Origin: Candidatus Methanomethylicia archaeon
Lineage (GTDB): Archaea > Thermoproteota > Methanomethylicia > Culexarchaeales > Culexarchaeaceae
Assembly (NCBI GenBank): GCA_038727515.1
Contig: JAVYVS010000002.1
Coordinates: 160,001-224,000 of the forward strand
Direction: 5' to 3'
DNA length: 64,000 bases
This document shows positions 19,640-30,110 of the stretch, piece by piece. Each line of letters starts with the position of its first letter. Within the stretch, counting starts at the first letter, position 1. The notes under the pieces were generated by a model. It saw only the letters and a list, made by a program, of their open reading frames with translations, made no database searches and was not told the origin of the DNA. The translations under genes were made by a program, and so were the position numbers.

Positions 19640-20101
19640 TCAAGTAACGTTAAAACTTATTTCGAGTAGATTTTTTGATGGTCTAAATCTAATTTTCTCT
19701 ATCTTTATACTTCCAATTTCACCAGTGGTTTTAGTATGCTTTTTGTTGCATGCATTTATATTCCAATCTTCAATTATCAATATCGATAATTGATTTACAT
19801 TTTCTGGTATTGGAAATAGATCATACATTTCATCTCCAAAAGTTTTCTCTGCTTCACTCCTATCCATTTCCACGATTTTTATTGGTACATTTTCTCTTAT
19901 CTTTTGATTAGCTAATTCCTCTATAGTTTTTAATTCTTCTTCAGATGGTTTTCTATGGTATTGTACCGTTAATCTACCATGATTACCTTCTACATATACA
20001 CTTGCAGTCCATTTAGCTCCTAAAACTTTTCGTACAGCACCTTTTAAAACGTGTAATGCTGTATGAGTTTTTACTTCTATTTCTTCATTCAATTTAGACA
20101 C
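19640..20101 (-). CDS. alaXS: Free-standing alanyl-tRNA editing protein AlaX-S
   Basis: [10 protein letters not shown] and NACNKKH zinc motifs; about 150 aa. Confidence 0.9.
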   Translation of the reverse strand: MSKLNEEIEVKTHTALHVLKGAVRKVLGAKWTASVYVEGNHGRLTVQYHRKPSEEELKTIEELANQKIRENVPIKIVEMDRSEAEKTFGDEMYDLFPIPENVNQLSILIIEDWNINACNKKHTKTTGEIGSIKIEKIRFRPSKNLLEISFNVT

Positions 20102-20102
20102 C

Positions 20103-20369
20103 TCAACTACTAAATAGTTTATTTAAAATATCTCTTAACCTTTCTTCATCTTTAACATTTTTAAATAGTATTTTCCCAGTTCTAAATACGTTTACTTCCA
20201 CATCTTCAAAATTCCCCTTCATATATAATCCGCCTAAATCAATTAGATTATCTATTTTACCTTTAATTCTATTTATTGCATCTATTACTGCATCCATCTT
20301 TAATACTACTATGTAATCAGCATTTTTACCACATGCTCTTATTACTTGTTTAACGTATTTATCCATCAT
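20103..20369 (-). CDS. Small hypothetical protein (TBP-like fold candidate)
   Basis: CG near N-terminus, [13 protein letters not shown]; translationally coupled to sufS. Confidence 0.6.
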   Translation of the reverse strand: MMDKYVKQVIRACGKNADYIVVLKMDAVIDAINRIKGKIDNLIDLGGLYMKGNFEDVEVNVFRTGKILFKNVKDEERLRDILNKLFSS

Positions 20370-21616
20370 TAGGCTATATCCTCCAAATCCATTAATACTT
20401 TAATCATTTCATCAATTTCCTCCTCAGTATTATATAGGTAGTAACTTGCTCTTACACTTCCATTTTCTGCTTTAATTATTTGATGTATTGGTTCTGCACA
20501 ATGTAATCCACTTCTAACAGCTATACCATACTGGTCTAGTATTAATGCTGTTTGATGAGGATCTAAACTTCCAATATTGAATGTAATTATTCCAGCTCTT
20601 TTCTCAGCATTTCTTGGACCATATATTTTTACTTTTTTAATACTTTCTAGTTCCTTTAATGTTTTCTCTACAAGTCTCTTTTCATGCATCATTATGTTTT
20701 CCAATCCTATTCTCATTAAATATTTTGCTGCTTCTCCAAGCCCTATTGCACCAGCTATATTTGGCGTTCCAGCTTCAAACTTTTCAGGGCCTTCAATCCA
20801 GTGTATTTTGCATATTCCTTCATCTTGTATCCATTTAACATTTCTTATGGTTCCCCCTCCACTTATTGTTGGTTCAATTCTTTTTAGTAAATCTTCTTTA
20901 ACGTATAATACACCTATTCCAGAGGGTCCAAGCATTTTATGTCCACTGAAGGCTAAGAATTCGCAATCTATATCTTTTACATTTACTGGCATGTGTGGTA
21001 CTGATTGTGCAGCATCTATTAATGTTGTTACATCTTTTTCATGAGCTATTTTAACTATTTCCTTTACATCATTTATTGTTCCTAATACGTTTGATACATG
21101 TGTTATACTTATTAGTCTAGTGTTTTTGGTTATTAGATTTGGTATTTCTTCGGTTTTCAGTGTTCCATCGCTATTTACCCCTATAAATTTCACTTTTATA
21201 CCCTTTATTTCTGATAATGTTATCCATGGAGTTATATTGCTATGATGCTCCATTAATGAGGTAATAACTTCATCTCCCTTCTTTAGATTTCTAATAGCCC
21301 ATGTATATGCCACCATATTTATTGCTTCTGTAGTATTTTTTACGAAGATAATCTCCTTTGTTTTCGCATTTATTAGTTTAGCTATGTTTTCTCTAGCTTC
21401 TTCATATAATTCTGATGCTTCTTGACTTAATGTATGTATTCCCCTATGTATATTTGCATAACTTTTCGTGTAGAATTCCATTATTTTGTTTATTACTTGA
21501 ATTGGTTTTTGTGATGTAGCTGCATTATCAAAGTATATGAGTTTCCTACCATTCACTTCTCTTTCAAGTATTGGGAAATCCTTTCTTATCTCTTTTACAT
21601 TTAACATTTCTTTCAC
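20369..21616 (-). CDS. sufS: Cysteine desulfurase, SufS/CsdA group II
   Basis: YFDNAATSQKP, FSGHKMLGP, FEAGTP, RSGLHCA. Confidence 0.92.
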   Translation of the reverse strand: MKEMLNVKEIRKDFPILEREVNGRKLIYFDNAATSQKPIQVINKIMEFYTKSYANIHRGIHTLSQEASELYEEARENIAKLINAKTKEIIFVKNTTEAINMVAYTWAIRNLKKGDEVITSLMEHHSNITPWITLSEIKGIKVKFIGVNSDGTLKTEEIPNLITKNTRLISITHVSNVLGTINDVKEIVKIAHEKDVTTLIDAAQSVPHMPVNVKDIDCEFLAFSGHKMLGPSGIGVLYVKEDLLKRIEPTISGGGTIRNVKWIQDEGICKIHWIEGPEKFEAGTPNIAGAIGLGEAAKYLMRIGLENIMMHEKRLVEKTLKELESIKKVKIYGPRNAEKRAGIITFNIGSLDPHQTALILDQYGIAVRSGLHCAEPIHQIIKAENGSVRASYYLYNTEEEIDEMIKVLMDLEDIA

Positions 21617-21676
21617 TTCAAATTCTTATTAGGAATATTTTTATTTAATTATTACTATTGTTATTATGGTGTTATC

Positions 21677-22903
21677 TTGAGTGAAGTTAAACGTGATGCT
21701 AAAGATTTACTTAAAGCTCATGGAGCTCCAATTAGACAGGTTTATTTGGATTCTGAAAATTCTGGTTTAATATTTCCTGAAGCTATTGAAGATATGGTTA
21801 AATGTTATACAGTTTTTGGTTATGGCCATCCATCAATTACACATAAAGTTGGTTGGGAGACCTATGAAGTTTTAATGAAGTCTTCTGAAATTATTTCTAG
21901 AGCTTTAGGTTGTAGTTCTGATGAGATTTTATATTTACATAGTGGTACAGAAGCGAATAATTTGGCAATTTTAGGTTTAGCTAAAGCTCATGGTAAATCT
22001 AGGAGGAAGATAATTGTATCAAGTATTGAGCATTTAAGTGTAATTCATACTGCTGAGGATTTGGTTAAGTATGGTTTTGAAATCGTTAAAGTTCCAGTGG
22101 ATAATGAGGGATTTGTTAATCCAGACATATTATCTTCAAATCTTGATTCAAATACTTTAATGGTTAGTATAGGTTTTGTTAATCATGAAATTGGAACTAT
22201 ACAGGATTTAAAGGGTTTAGTTGAAGTGGTTAAGGATTATGATGAAGGAATATTCTTCCATACTGATGCTGTTGACGCTTTTGGTAGAGTTAAATTTAGT
22301 GTTAAAGATTTAAATGTTGATTTAGCTAGTTTCAGCAGTCATAAAGTTTTTGGACCTAAAGGTGCTGCATGCCTCTATGTTAAGAGTGGTGTAAATCTTG
22401 AACCAATAATCTTTGGTCAACTTAGTACTCAGAGGTTTTGGCCTGGTTTAGAAAATGTTCCTTCAATTTCAGGTTTTGCTAGAGCTGTGGATATCATGAT
22501 TTCAAATTTCGATGATTTTAATAGTAGGATGAGCAGTTTTAGAGATATGTTGATAAATGGAGTTTTAAGTACTGTGGATAATTGTATTCTTAATGGTCCT
22601 ATGGGGGTTAAACGCGCTTCAGATAATGTTAATTTAAGCTTCTTGTATTGTGAAGGTGAAGCTCTAACTGTAGAGCTTAGTTTAAGAGGTATATATGTTT
22701 CTAGTGGTAGCGCATGTACAAGTAGAATTCTTCAACCAAGCCATATATTATTGGCTATTGGAAGGAGATATGAGGAAGCTCATGGAAGTATATTGATGAA
22801 GGTTACACCTTTTCATACCATTGACGATATAAGGTATGTTTTAGATAATATTCCAGAGGCTGTTAATAGGATTAGGTCTATAAGCCCATTTAAAGGTGAT
22901 TGA
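21677..22903 (+). CDS. iscS: Cysteine desulfurase, IscS/NifS group I (divergent)
   Basis: SGTEANN, NHEIGTIQ, SSHKVFGPKG, SSGSACTS. Confidence 0.88.
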   Translation: MSEVKRDAKDLLKAHGAPIRQVYLDSENSGLIFPEAIEDMVKCYTVFGYGHPSITHKVGWETYEVLMKSSEIISRALGCSSDEILYLHSGTEANNLAILGLAKAHGKSRRKIIVSSIEHLSVIHTAEDLVKYGFEIVKVPVDNEGFVNPDILSSNLDSNTLMVSIGFVNHEIGTIQDLKGLVEVVKDYDEGIFFHTDAVDAFGRVKFSVKDLNVDLASFSSHKVFGPKGAACLYVKSGVNLEPIIFGQLSTQRFWPGLENVPSISGFARAVDIMISNFDDFNSRMSSFRDMLINGVLSTVDNCILNGPMGVKRASDNVNLSFLYCEGEALTVELSLRGIYVSSGSACTSRILQPSHILLAIGRRYEEAHGSILMKVTPFHTIDDIRYVLDNIPEAVNRIRSISPFKGD

Positions 22904-23402
22904 ATTGTCCAGTAGAATTCCACTAATATATTCACCTAAAGTATTAGAGTTATTTAAGAATCCAAAGAATCTAGGTAGAATGGAGGATGCTGATACACAT
23001 GCTACTGCAGGTAGTCTTGCATGTGGAGATATGATTGCAATATATATTAAATTGAGTAGTGATGGTAAAACCATTGAGAAGGCAAGTTTTGAAAGTTATG
23101 GTTGTGCAGCTAATATTGCAGCTGCAAGTATAATGACTGATATGATTATAGGTAAGAGTCTTGAGGAAGCTTGGAAGATTAATTGGAAGGATATATCTAA
23201 TGAACTTGGAGGTTTACCCAGCGTTAAATATCATTGTGGTATTCTAGCTGTGGGAGCTTTAAGGAGGGCTATTAGAAAGTATTTTGAGGATAAGGATAAA
23301 CCTTCATGGCTTCCAAGGGATTTAACTCTTGAAGAAAAACATGCAATTGAAGAAGAGGAATTGATGGAGCGACTTTCAAAAAAGTTTAGTTTAAATGGAT
23401 GA
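22896..23402 (+). CDS. iscU: IscU/NifU-type Fe-S scaffold
   Basis: FKNPKNLG, ACGD, YGCAA, LPSVKYHC. Confidence 0.9.
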   Translation: MIELSSRIPLIYSPKVLELFKNPKNLGRMEDADTHATAGSLACGDMIAIYIKLSSDGKTIEKASFESYGCAANIAAASIMTDMIIGKSLEEAWKINWKDISNELGGLPSVKYHCGILAVGALRRAIRKYFEDKDKPSWLPRDLTLEEKHAIEEEELMERLSKKFSLNG

Positions 23403-24386
23403 ATATTTTATTTTCTTTAAAGCTTCTTCAGCCCATTTCGGATTTTCAAGCATTGCTCTACCAATGGCAACCATATCTACACTTCCATTTTTAACAATTT
23501 CATTGGCATACTCTGGATTTCTTATTCCTCCAACGCCTATAACTGGGATTTTAACATTTCTTTTAATCTTTTCTGCTTGTGGTATAAAATATCCTTCCCC
23601 GGTTAATTGTGGAGGTCTAGAACCGCATAATCCTCCTGAAACATTTATTATATCTACTCCTTCCTCCTCAAGTTTTAAAGCCATTTTTATAGAATCATTT
23701 ATGGTTATCCCTCCAGGCATTAGATCGTCTGCTCCAAGTCTATATGATAATATTTTCCCATATCCAATTACACTTCTAACCTCTCTTACTATTTCTAATG
23801 GTAGTTTCATCCTTTTTTCTAATGTGCCTCCGTAGGCATCTAAACGTTTATTGGTTAATGGTGAAAAGAATTGATTTAATAGAAATCCATGTGCTCCATG
23901 TATTTCAATACCATCAAATCCAGCTTTAATAGCTCTTTCAGCAGCTTTTTTAAAGGCTTCCTTAACATTTATTATGTCTTGAAATGTCATTTCTCTAGGC
24001 TCTTCAATCCATGTTGAAAATTTTATTGGTGATGGTGCTATGGGTTTCTCTCCAATTATTGATGATAAAGCTCTTCCACCAGCATGATTCAATTGTATTA
24101 AAGCTATTGCACCATTACCCTTTATGGTTTCCGCTAGATTTCTTAATCCGTCAATCAATTCATCATTATATATTCCAAGTTGTTTAGGACTGGCTTTACC
24201 ATTCTTGGCAATATATGAATGTTCAACTATAACTAATCCAGGTCCTCTACTTCTTTCATCATAATGTTTAATTAATTCAGGGGTGACCTTTCCATATTCA
24301 GTCGCCAATTCTGTTGCCATTGGTGGGAGTACAATTCTATTCCTAATTCTAAATCCCCTAATTTCTATTGGAGTTGATAAATCCAT
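23391..24386 (-). CDS. NADH:flavin oxidoreductase (Old Yellow Enzyme family)
   Basis: NRIVLPPM, QLNHAG, GFDGIEIHGAHGFLLNQFFSP, YGG. Confidence 0.92.
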   Translation of the reverse strand: MDLSTPIEIRGFRIRNRIVLPPMATELATEYGKVTPELIKHYDERSRGPGLVIVEHSYIAKNGKASPKQLGIYNDELIDGLRNLAETIKGNGAIALIQLNHAGGRALSSIIGEKPIAPSPIKFSTWIEEPREMTFQDIINVKEAFKKAAERAIKAGFDGIEIHGAHGFLLNQFFSPLTNKRLDAYGGTLEKRMKLPLEIVREVRSVIGYGKILSYRLGADDLMPGGITINDSIKMALKLEEEGVDIINVSGGLCGSRPPQLTGEGYFIPQAEKIKRNVKIPVIGVGGIRNPEYANEIVKNGSVDMVAIGRAMLENPKWAEEALKKIKYSSI

Positions 24387-24418
24387 GGTGTTTCACATAT
24401 ACCAATTGTAATTTAGGT

Positions 24419-25156
24419 TTATATTAGTATTAGGGTTAATGACGTTGCAACTATCCCAGTTAGATATATTCCATCAAATGTTCCAGCTCCACCTATACTA
24501 ACCATTGGTGCCCCAATTTCACTTATCTTCCCAATATTCATTAAATCTGCTCCTATCAATGTTCCAAAAATTCCACTTACATATGCTATTATTGATGGGT
24601 TACATTTTGGAGGTATTAAAGCAAGTATTATTGAAATTATTGCTGCTGAAATTGGAGGTATAAATCCAGGGGTTACAATTCCAAATCCAGGTATAATCCT
24701 AGAATATCTATTTACAATAATTGAAACTATAAGTATGGATAAGACTATTTTCATTAGAGATATCTGGGGGTTTATTGATGTTTTCATGATCGTTTGAATA
24801 AGTATGTATATTGATATTAATATGGGTATTAATGCTCCACCAATATTTATTGCTATTACTGTTCTCCTCTCTTTTAATCCTATGGTTGGTAGAAACCATC
24901 TTATACCAAATATTTCAATCTCTCTATAAATTAATCCATAGTCAATCGTCTTTACACTTGTTAATGGTATATTAATCATACTCCCAATAAGTGACATATA
25001 TAGTGCTGCTAATGCCAATTGTGGGGGGATCATTAATGCTTCAGTGAATATTTGAAGGGAGCTTAATGCGATTAAACTAACCATCAATGTCATTAATATT
25101 AAGGTTAACATGTAGTTCCATGTTGTAGGTTTATAGACTATACCTCTCCTATACAA
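24419..25156 (-). CDS. DUF1614 membrane protein
   Basis: INIGGALIP, GTLIGADL, SIGGAGTFDGIYLTG. Confidence 0.88.
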   Translation of the reverse strand: MYRRGIVYKPTTWNYMLTLILMTLMVSLIALSSLQIFTEALMIPPQLALAALYMSLIGSMINIPLTSVKTIDYGLIYREIEIFGIRWFLPTIGLKERRTVIAINIGGALIPILISIYILIQTIMKTSINPQISLMKIVLSILIVSIIVNRYSRIIPGFGIVTPGFIPPISAAIISIILALIPPKCNPSIIAYVSGIFGTLIGADLMNIGKISEIGAPMVSIGGAGTFDGIYLTGIVATSLTLILI

Positions 25157-25295
25157 TTTTCTTCATCCACCACTATTTAATCAACCTTAAAATATCATCT
25201 TTTTGATAAACCTTTCCATTTTGTTATATTTACATTAATTATGGGTTTGTAGATGGAATGAAATTGTTAAATTTTCCTATGTAAATAGTTATTTT

Positions 25296-28283
25296 GTGGG
25301 ATTGATGAGTTTGCGTAAATCTATTGGTGTTATTGTTGGCTCCCCCTCAACCTACAATTTTGAATTTAAATGTTTTGATGTTGTTAGAGTTAATGATTTT
25401 GTTGAAGTTTTTCATGATGGTCGTTGGCATGTATTATTTGTTAATAGTCTTAGACGTGATGGAGATGTTATTTATGCATCATGTACATGCCTTGGAAAAC
25501 CTTCTGATACCCCATTTAAAGCTGGATTAAATGTTTACCCTGCTTCTGAAGCAAATATACGTAGTGTTTTAGGTTTAACTGCTGATTATTCTAAGTCCAT
25601 ATATCTTGGTTTACTCAAGAATTATAATGTTAAAGTCTATATACCTATTGATAGATTGAATCGTATATTCATTGTTGGTAAACCTGGTTCTGGGAAGTCT
25701 TATACTGTTGGTGTTTTTATTGAGGAGTTTTTAAAGAAGAATATTCCTGTTTTAATTATCGATGTTCATGGTGAATATTCAAGTTTTAAAGTTGCAGCTA
25801 AATCTGGATGTGAAATTTTCGGTGTTGAACCTAAAAGTTATATTGATCAGATTGTAGAGTTTGGTGATAAGAGGTTTAGTCCAGCTGCAAATATAGATAT
25901 ATCTTTTTTAAGTGAGTTATCCGTTGAAGATCTCGTTTTAACTGGTAAATGTGTTATCATCAATTTGAGGGGGATTGATTTAGAGAATCAAATTTCCATA
26001 GTTGCTTCTATTGTTAGTAAACTTTTAGATGCAGCTATTAATAAGAAGATTTCACCATTCTATTTAGTTGTAGATGAAGCTCATAGATTTATTGGTAGAG
26101 AGAAATCTGAATCTCAAATGATTTTGAGGCGTTTTTCACAAGAGGGTAGAAAGTTTGGTGCAAATTTAATTGTTGTTTCTCAGAGACCTCAATTACTGGA
26201 TACTACCGTTAGAGGTCTTAGTGGTACTTGGATTATCCATAGACTTTCAGATCCCAATGATATATCTATAGCCGTTGAAAGTGGTGGTTTAGGTAGAGGT
26301 TGGGAGGATAATATCGTTTGGCTTGATGTAGGTGAATGTATTGTTACTGGTGAAGCTGTTGATAAAATACCATATGTTGTTAGAGTTAGATGTAGAGAGA
26401 CTATGCATGGTGGTGCAGGTTTTAACCCCTTGGATTATGTTTCTGAAGATGCCTTGAAAAGTGCTGAATTAAAATGGAAGAATTTAATGAAGCTTGAATA
26501 CATAGTTAAACCTACTAAAACCTTAGCTAAACCTAAAATCTCTTCACTTATAACACAATACTATCTACCAGTTAAATTTAGTTTGGAATACTTCTCTTCA
26601 AATCTTAAAACTAGATTTCCATTTAAATTTGATTTTAGCGATTTAAAGTTGAATTATTATCCTGCCTTAGAAATTAAAGCTTCAATAATGGTTAAACGTA
26701 ATAAACCTAATTTAGAGTTTACTGATGAATATAAGGTTTTTATACCATTGGTTGATGAATCTTCTGAACTTGATTTTTCACCTAGAGAAGCATACTACAT
26801 AAAAGATTTTGTTGAAAGCGATCTTTCATCTTCATCTGCAAATTTTGAAAATGTAATTTATCATTCACCTAAAATTGATATTTCCAGTTTAAATGCCTAT
26901 GAAAAATTTGTAAATGATTTTAAAAAGTTTGTTTCATTTAAAATATCATATAAAATCTATTATTCAACGAAATTCAAAATTTATTCTAATTATAATGAGA
27001 GTTTAGAGAGTTTTGTTAATAGGCTTAGGAAGATTAGTAGTGATCTTTTTAATGAAGCTTCTCTCAAACTTATGAATAAATATAATGAGAAGATTTCTAG
27101 GCATGAGAGGATTTTAAAGAATTTAAAGGATGAAATTAAGGTTAAAGTTCAATCTGCAAAAAGGCTTTTATCTGATATTAATGAGTTAAAGGGTAAAATT
27201 AAGGGTTTGGATCCAAGTTCTAGAGAGTATATTTCTACAAATTCTAGAATTCAAAGTTTAGAGGAAAAACTTTTAAAATTGAATAAGATGATTTCTAATT
27301 CTAATGCTGAATTAGAGCGTAGGGAGAAGGCTATTAATGAGCTTAAGAGGGAATTGAATGATAAATTGAAGAAGTTGAAATCCGATTTTGATGATTTAGG
27401 TGAAATAAAAACTTTGAGTTTATCTTTAAATAAACGTGATGTAAATGTGGATTTCACTAGGATTATTTGGATTCCAATATTTAATGGTGGTTTAAAGATT
27501 TCTAATGGGATTTCTGAGAGGATTTTGAATTTTGAGTGGAATGGTTATAATGGGCTTGGGGTTTATGGTAGATGTGAATCTTGTAATTCTACAATTAATG
27601 TTTTAGATTCTTTAAATCTATGTAGTATATGTCTCACAGTTCTATGTCCAGAACATGTTTTTGAATGTAGTGTTTGTGGTGCTAAAATATGTTCTGATCA
27701 TATGTTTAAATGTGATATCTGTGGTAGAATTTTATGTGTTAATGAAAAATCGTATAATTGTAGTATTTGTGGTGCTAAAATTTGTTCTAATTGTGTTAAA
27801 TATTGTGTAGATTGTGGGGATGAAATACCCTATTGCAGTAAACATGTGAGTATTTGCAATTATTGTGGGAAAGTTTACTGTGATAAACATTATAATGAAC
27901 ATTTAGTTTCTTGTGGGGTTTGTGGTAAAAGGATTTGTGGAGAATCTATTGAGAATTGTAGTATTTGTAATAAGCCTCTATGTAATGATTGTATTATTGA
28001 GTGTAGTAAATGTGGGAAGATTGTTTGTAGAGATCATATGTGGAGTTGTTCAATATGTGGTGTAAAGATGTGTATTAATGAGGATAGACATATTTGTAGT
28101 ATATGTGGTAGAAACATATGTAGTAAGCATTCTTATAAGTGTCCTTCATGTGGTAGGGAAGTTTGCACTGAGCATATTAAAACTTGCCCAAATTGTGGTA
28201 GAAGAGTTTGTGAATCATGTATAATAACTGTTAAACGCCTATTTAGGTATAAGACTGGATGTAGATTTTGCCTTAAACCCTAA
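25296..28283 (+). CDS. HerA/FtsK-superfamily ATPase fused to a coiled coil and a C-terminal Cys/His repeat array
   Basis: HAS-barrel-like N-terminus; GKPGSGKS; IDVHGEY; VVDEAH; EGRKFG; SQRP; long heptad region; CxxCx4Cxx(H/C) repeats. Confidence 0.85.
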   Translation: MGLMSLRKSIGVIVGSPSTYNFEFKCFDVVRVNDFVEVFHDGRWHVLFVNSLRRDGDVIYASCTCLGKPSDTPFKAGLNVYPASEANIRSVLGLTADYSKSIYLGLLKNYNVKVYIPIDRLNRIFIVGKPGSGKSYTVGVFIEEFLKKNIPVLIIDVHGEYSSFKVAAKSGCEIFGVEPKSYIDQIVEFGDKRFSPAANIDISFLSELSVEDLVLTGKCVIINLRGIDLENQISIVASIVSKLLDAAINKKISPFYLVVDEAHRFIGREKSESQMILRRFSQEGRKFGANLIVVSQRPQLLDTTVRGLSGTWIIHRLSDPNDISIAVESGGLGRGWEDNIVWLDVGECIVTGEAVDKIPYVVRVRCRETMHGGAGFNPLDYVSEDALKSAELKWKNLMKLEYIVKPTKTLAKPKISSLITQYYLPVKFSLEYFSSNLKTRFPFKFDFSDLKLNYYPALEIKASIMVKRNKPNLEFTDEYKVFIPLVDESSELDFSPREAYYIKDFVESDLSSSSANFENVIYHSPKIDISSLNAYEKFVNDFKKFVSFKISYKIYYSTKFKIYSNYNESLESFVNRLRKISSDLFNEASLKLMNKYNEKISRHERILKNLKDEIKVKVQSAKRLLSDINELKGKIKGLDPSSREYISTNSRIQSLEEKLLKLNKMISNSNAELERREKAINELKRELNDKLKKLKSDFDDLGEIKTLSLSLNKRDVNVDFTRIIWIPIFNGGLKISNGISERILNFEWNGYNGLGVYGRCESCNSTINVLDSLNLCSICLTVLCPEHVFECSVCGAKICSDHMFKCDICGRILCVNEKSYNCSICGAKICSNCVKYCVDCGDEIPYCSKHVSICNYCGKVYCDKHYNEHLVSCGVCGKRICGESIENCSICNKPLCNDCIIECSKCGKIVCRDHMWSCSICGVKMCINEDRHICSICGRNICSKHSYKCPSCGREVCTEHIKTCPNCGRRVCESCIITVKRLFRYKTGCRFCLKP
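27573..28280 (+). repeat. Coding tandem repeat: 13 units of about 15 aa, CxxC-x4-Cxx(H/C/E/S)
   Basis: e.g. CSVCGAKICSDH, CSICGAKICSNC, CSKCGKIVCRDH, CSICGRNICSKH, CPSCGREVCTEH; recurring tgtagtat(a/t)tgt in the DNA. Confidence 0.85.
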
Positions 28284-28717
28284 ATTGTTATCTCTTCTTC
28301 CCTCAATACTTCTGAAGCCATCTTTATACAACTTGAAGGTATTCTCCTCCTCTTCAAAGCATTTATGTATGCAATTTTTGAAGAACAATGTATTGATTTT
28401 ATCCTATAATATATATTTGGGTCTTCCATTTTCACATAAACCCATTTAACAATTTTATTCCTTCCAATGTCTATATCATATTTTATAAACAATTCTTCTT
28501 GAACATTAGATTCTTCAACAACTTCAAGTTTAAATCCTTCAATTACAAGATATCTTCCCTCAATCTTATACAATATCTTGTTTTTATGGAGCTTTTTAAG
28601 CATTTCAGCCTTCTTTTTAACGTCATGTACTGGTAGTTCAATTACTAGTGCCGCCAGTCCATCTTGCAAAACTTTCACCACTCTCTCTCTACAATTTTTA
28701 ATATATAAATCCCTCAC
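28280..28717 (-). CDS. Hypothetical protein
   Basis: 145-codon ORF with typical minus-strand codon usage; start uncertain. Confidence 0.55.
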   Translation of the reverse strand: MRDLYIKNCRERVVKVLQDGLAALVIELPVHDVKKKAEMLKKLHKNKILYKIEGRYLVIEGFKLEVVEESNVQEELFIKYDIDIGRNKIVKWVYVKMEDPNIYYRIKSIHCSSKIAYINALKRRRIPSSCIKMASEVLREEEITI

Positions 28718-28820
28718 TCATAGTATTGTGAGGGGTATCTGAAAGTATTCATAGTAAACTATTTATTATCTCATGTAACCTTTATTTTAGCATTAGTTTA
28801 ATGCTCTTTTTGGTGTAAAG

Positions 28821-29105
28821 GTGGGTTTAATGAATTATAGGAAGTTAATGGCTTTAATGAAAGATCTAAAGATGCTGGTATGCGAAAAATGTAATTCAAA
28901 ATTGGATTTCTATAAACTCAATATTGATGATTCTAATGAAGAATATGATGTCAATGTTTGCATGATATGTTTTAAATGTAAATTGCAATATGACTTTAAG
29001 ATTATTAACCCCGGTGTTATTGGTTTAGTTTCCGTAAGGGAAATTAAAGCTTCATCTTGGGATGAATTTTTGAAATCCATGGAGGAAGAGGAAATTGAAG
29101 ATTAA
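28821..29105 (+). CDS. Small zinc-ribbon protein
   Basis: CEKC...CFKC pairs; acidic tail; overlaps the next start. Confidence 0.65.
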   Translation: MGLMNYRKLMALMKDLKMLVCEKCNSKLDFYKLNIDDSNEEYDVNVCMICFKCKLQYDFKIINPGVIGLVSVREIKASSWDEFLKSMEEEEIED

Positions 29106-30048
29106 ACCTGTAATTGTAATTCATGGTGGTGCTGGAAACTATAGGGGTTTAAGTGAAGATATTATTTCCAATAGATTAAAACATTTAGAGAAAGCTGTTC
29201 TCTTAGGTTATGAGAAGCTGTCTTCTAGTGCTTTAGACGCTGTGGAAGCTGCTGTAAGTTACATGGAGAGTTGTGGATTTTTTAATGCTGGTTTAGGCTC
29301 TGTATTAACAATCAATGGCTCTGTAGAGATGGATGCTGGAATAATGGATGGTAGAGATTTACGTGTAGGAGCTACAGCCCTATTGAAAAGAGTTAAAAAT
29401 CCTATTTCACTTGCTAGAAAGATCATGGAGGAAACAGACCATATTTTCATTGCTGGAGAGTGGGCTGAAAAACTCGCTGAATTTTATGGTTTAGGATTTT
29501 CAGATGAAATAGTTAATGAATATAAAGTTAAAAGGTTTAAGGAGATTTATGATAATTGGATTAAAGGTGAAATTGGTAGAATGAGTAAACTTCGATCTAT
29601 GATTCAGAGTTTGGGGAAGCTTTTTGATGGTCATGATACTGTTGGTGCTGTAGCTCTAGATTTTAATGGTAATGTTGCTTCAGCAGTATCCACAGGTGGT
29701 TATTGGCTTAAATTTCCCGGTAGGATTGGAGATGTCCCCCTTGTTGGTTGTGGTTTTTATGCTGATAATGATGCTGGTGCTGCTGCAGCTACGGGAACTG
29801 GAGAATATATTGCTAGATTAAATCTTTCTAGGGTTTGCTGTGAATTGATGCGTAGCGGTTTTTCAGCTCAAGAAGCTTGTTCTCTATCTATTAAACGTAT
29901 TACTGATAGATTTGGTTCTGGTAATGCTGGGATTATAGCTGTTGATAAAAATGGTAATTTTGGTTTTGATTTTAATACTAATGGTATGAGTAGAGCCATT
30001 ATGCATGAAGATTTAGATAAACCCATAGTTGGGATATTTCGTGAGTGA
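29095..30048 (+). CDS. Isoaspartyl peptidase/L-asparaginase (Ntn hydrolase)
   Basis: VIHGGAG, FNAGLGS, EMDAGIMDG, HDTVGAVA autocleavage Thr, STGG, GRIGD. Confidence 0.93.
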   Translation: MKIKPVIVIHGGAGNYRGLSEDIISNRLKHLEKAVLLGYEKLSSSALDAVEAAVSYMESCGFFNAGLGSVLTINGSVEMDAGIMDGRDLRVGATALLKRVKNPISLARKIMEETDHIFIAGEWAEKLAEFYGLGFSDEIVNEYKVKRFKEIYDNWIKGEIGRMSKLRSMIQSLGKLFDGHDTVGAVALDFNGNVASAVSTGGYWLKFPGRIGDVPLVGCGFYADNDAGAAAATGTGEYIARLNLSRVCCELMRSGFSAQEACSLSIKRITDRFGSGNAGIIAVDKNGNFGFDFNTNGMSRAIMHEDLDKPIVGIFRE

Positions 30049-30110
30049 AGTAAAGATTAATTGAATGTTTACTATAAATATATTTGAGTATTTTCTTTGT
30101 GGGTTTACTT

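Noticed and set aside
27573-28280. Repeated DNA as a possible CRISPR array
   Set aside because: The repeats are degenerate, codon-phased and encode Cys motifs; no identical repeats with unique spacers and no cas genes
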